A stretch of 64,000 nt of DNA from Hemiscyllium ocellatum. Lineage: Eukaryota. Positions within the stretch are counted from its first letter, which is position 1. Each line of letters begins with the position of its first letter. Location: contig NW_026867487.1 of assembly GCF_020745735.1 (NCBI RefSeq), positions 4,357,239 through 4,421,238 of the forward strand, given 5' to 3'. Shown piece by piece: positions 63,666 to 64,000 of this stretch. The position numbers and the translations under genes are program-made. Below the pieces are notes generated by a model that was given only the letters and a program-made list of their open reading frames with translations, did no database searches and was not told the DNA's origin.

Positions 63666-64000
63666 CTATATATTAACAAACAGTACAAAGTCTGGTTGCG
63701 AGACTTGGGATAAGGACTTGGGAGAGCTCCAGCCTGAAAGAAATCAGTTTTGCGTCCAGAAGTCTCACGTTATCCAAGTGGAAAATGAGGCGTTTGTTAT
63801 TTTTCTAAGTTGCACTGAGCTTCACTAGAGTGTTGCAGCAAAACCTGAAACAAGGTATTGGATAGGGAACAGCGTGGTGTGTTGAATGTTCAGGATCTTT
63901 TCATTGAGAAGGGAATATAAGTGTTCCGCATTGTGGGCACACAACCTACACTTTTTCCCCAGTGTAGATGAGACGACATTGTGAGTAATGAATGCAGTAA

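Overview
This is vertebrate DNA, almost certainly from a shark or ray (HE1-type tRNA SINEs, CR1 LINEs and abundant Penelope-like elements). It lies in the V-segment array of a T-cell receptor alpha/delta-type locus. The window holds three tandem copies of one cassette: unit 1 = 1-22703, unit 2 = 22704-40338, unit 3 = 40339 to beyond 64000. Each unit carries, in the same order: a family-A V segment (+, leader, ~740-nt intron, V exon, 23-RSS), an inverted decayed family-A V, a truncated family-B-like V head, a family-B V segment (+, leader, ~85-nt intron, V exon, 23-RSS with CACATTG heptamer) and a large Penelope-like retroelement with an inverted arm. All six main V segments have open reading frames. 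I found no D, J or C segments, no IgH-type V and no NAR-TCR cassette. The units are mosaics of each other. Unit 2 has lost several candidate cis-elements through deletions and substitutions, and young SINE/LINE insertions mark individual units. Repeat-family names and TRA/TRD assignment come from motif recognition and recall, not database searches. Repeat boundaries are approximate; V exon and RSS coordinates were counted directly.
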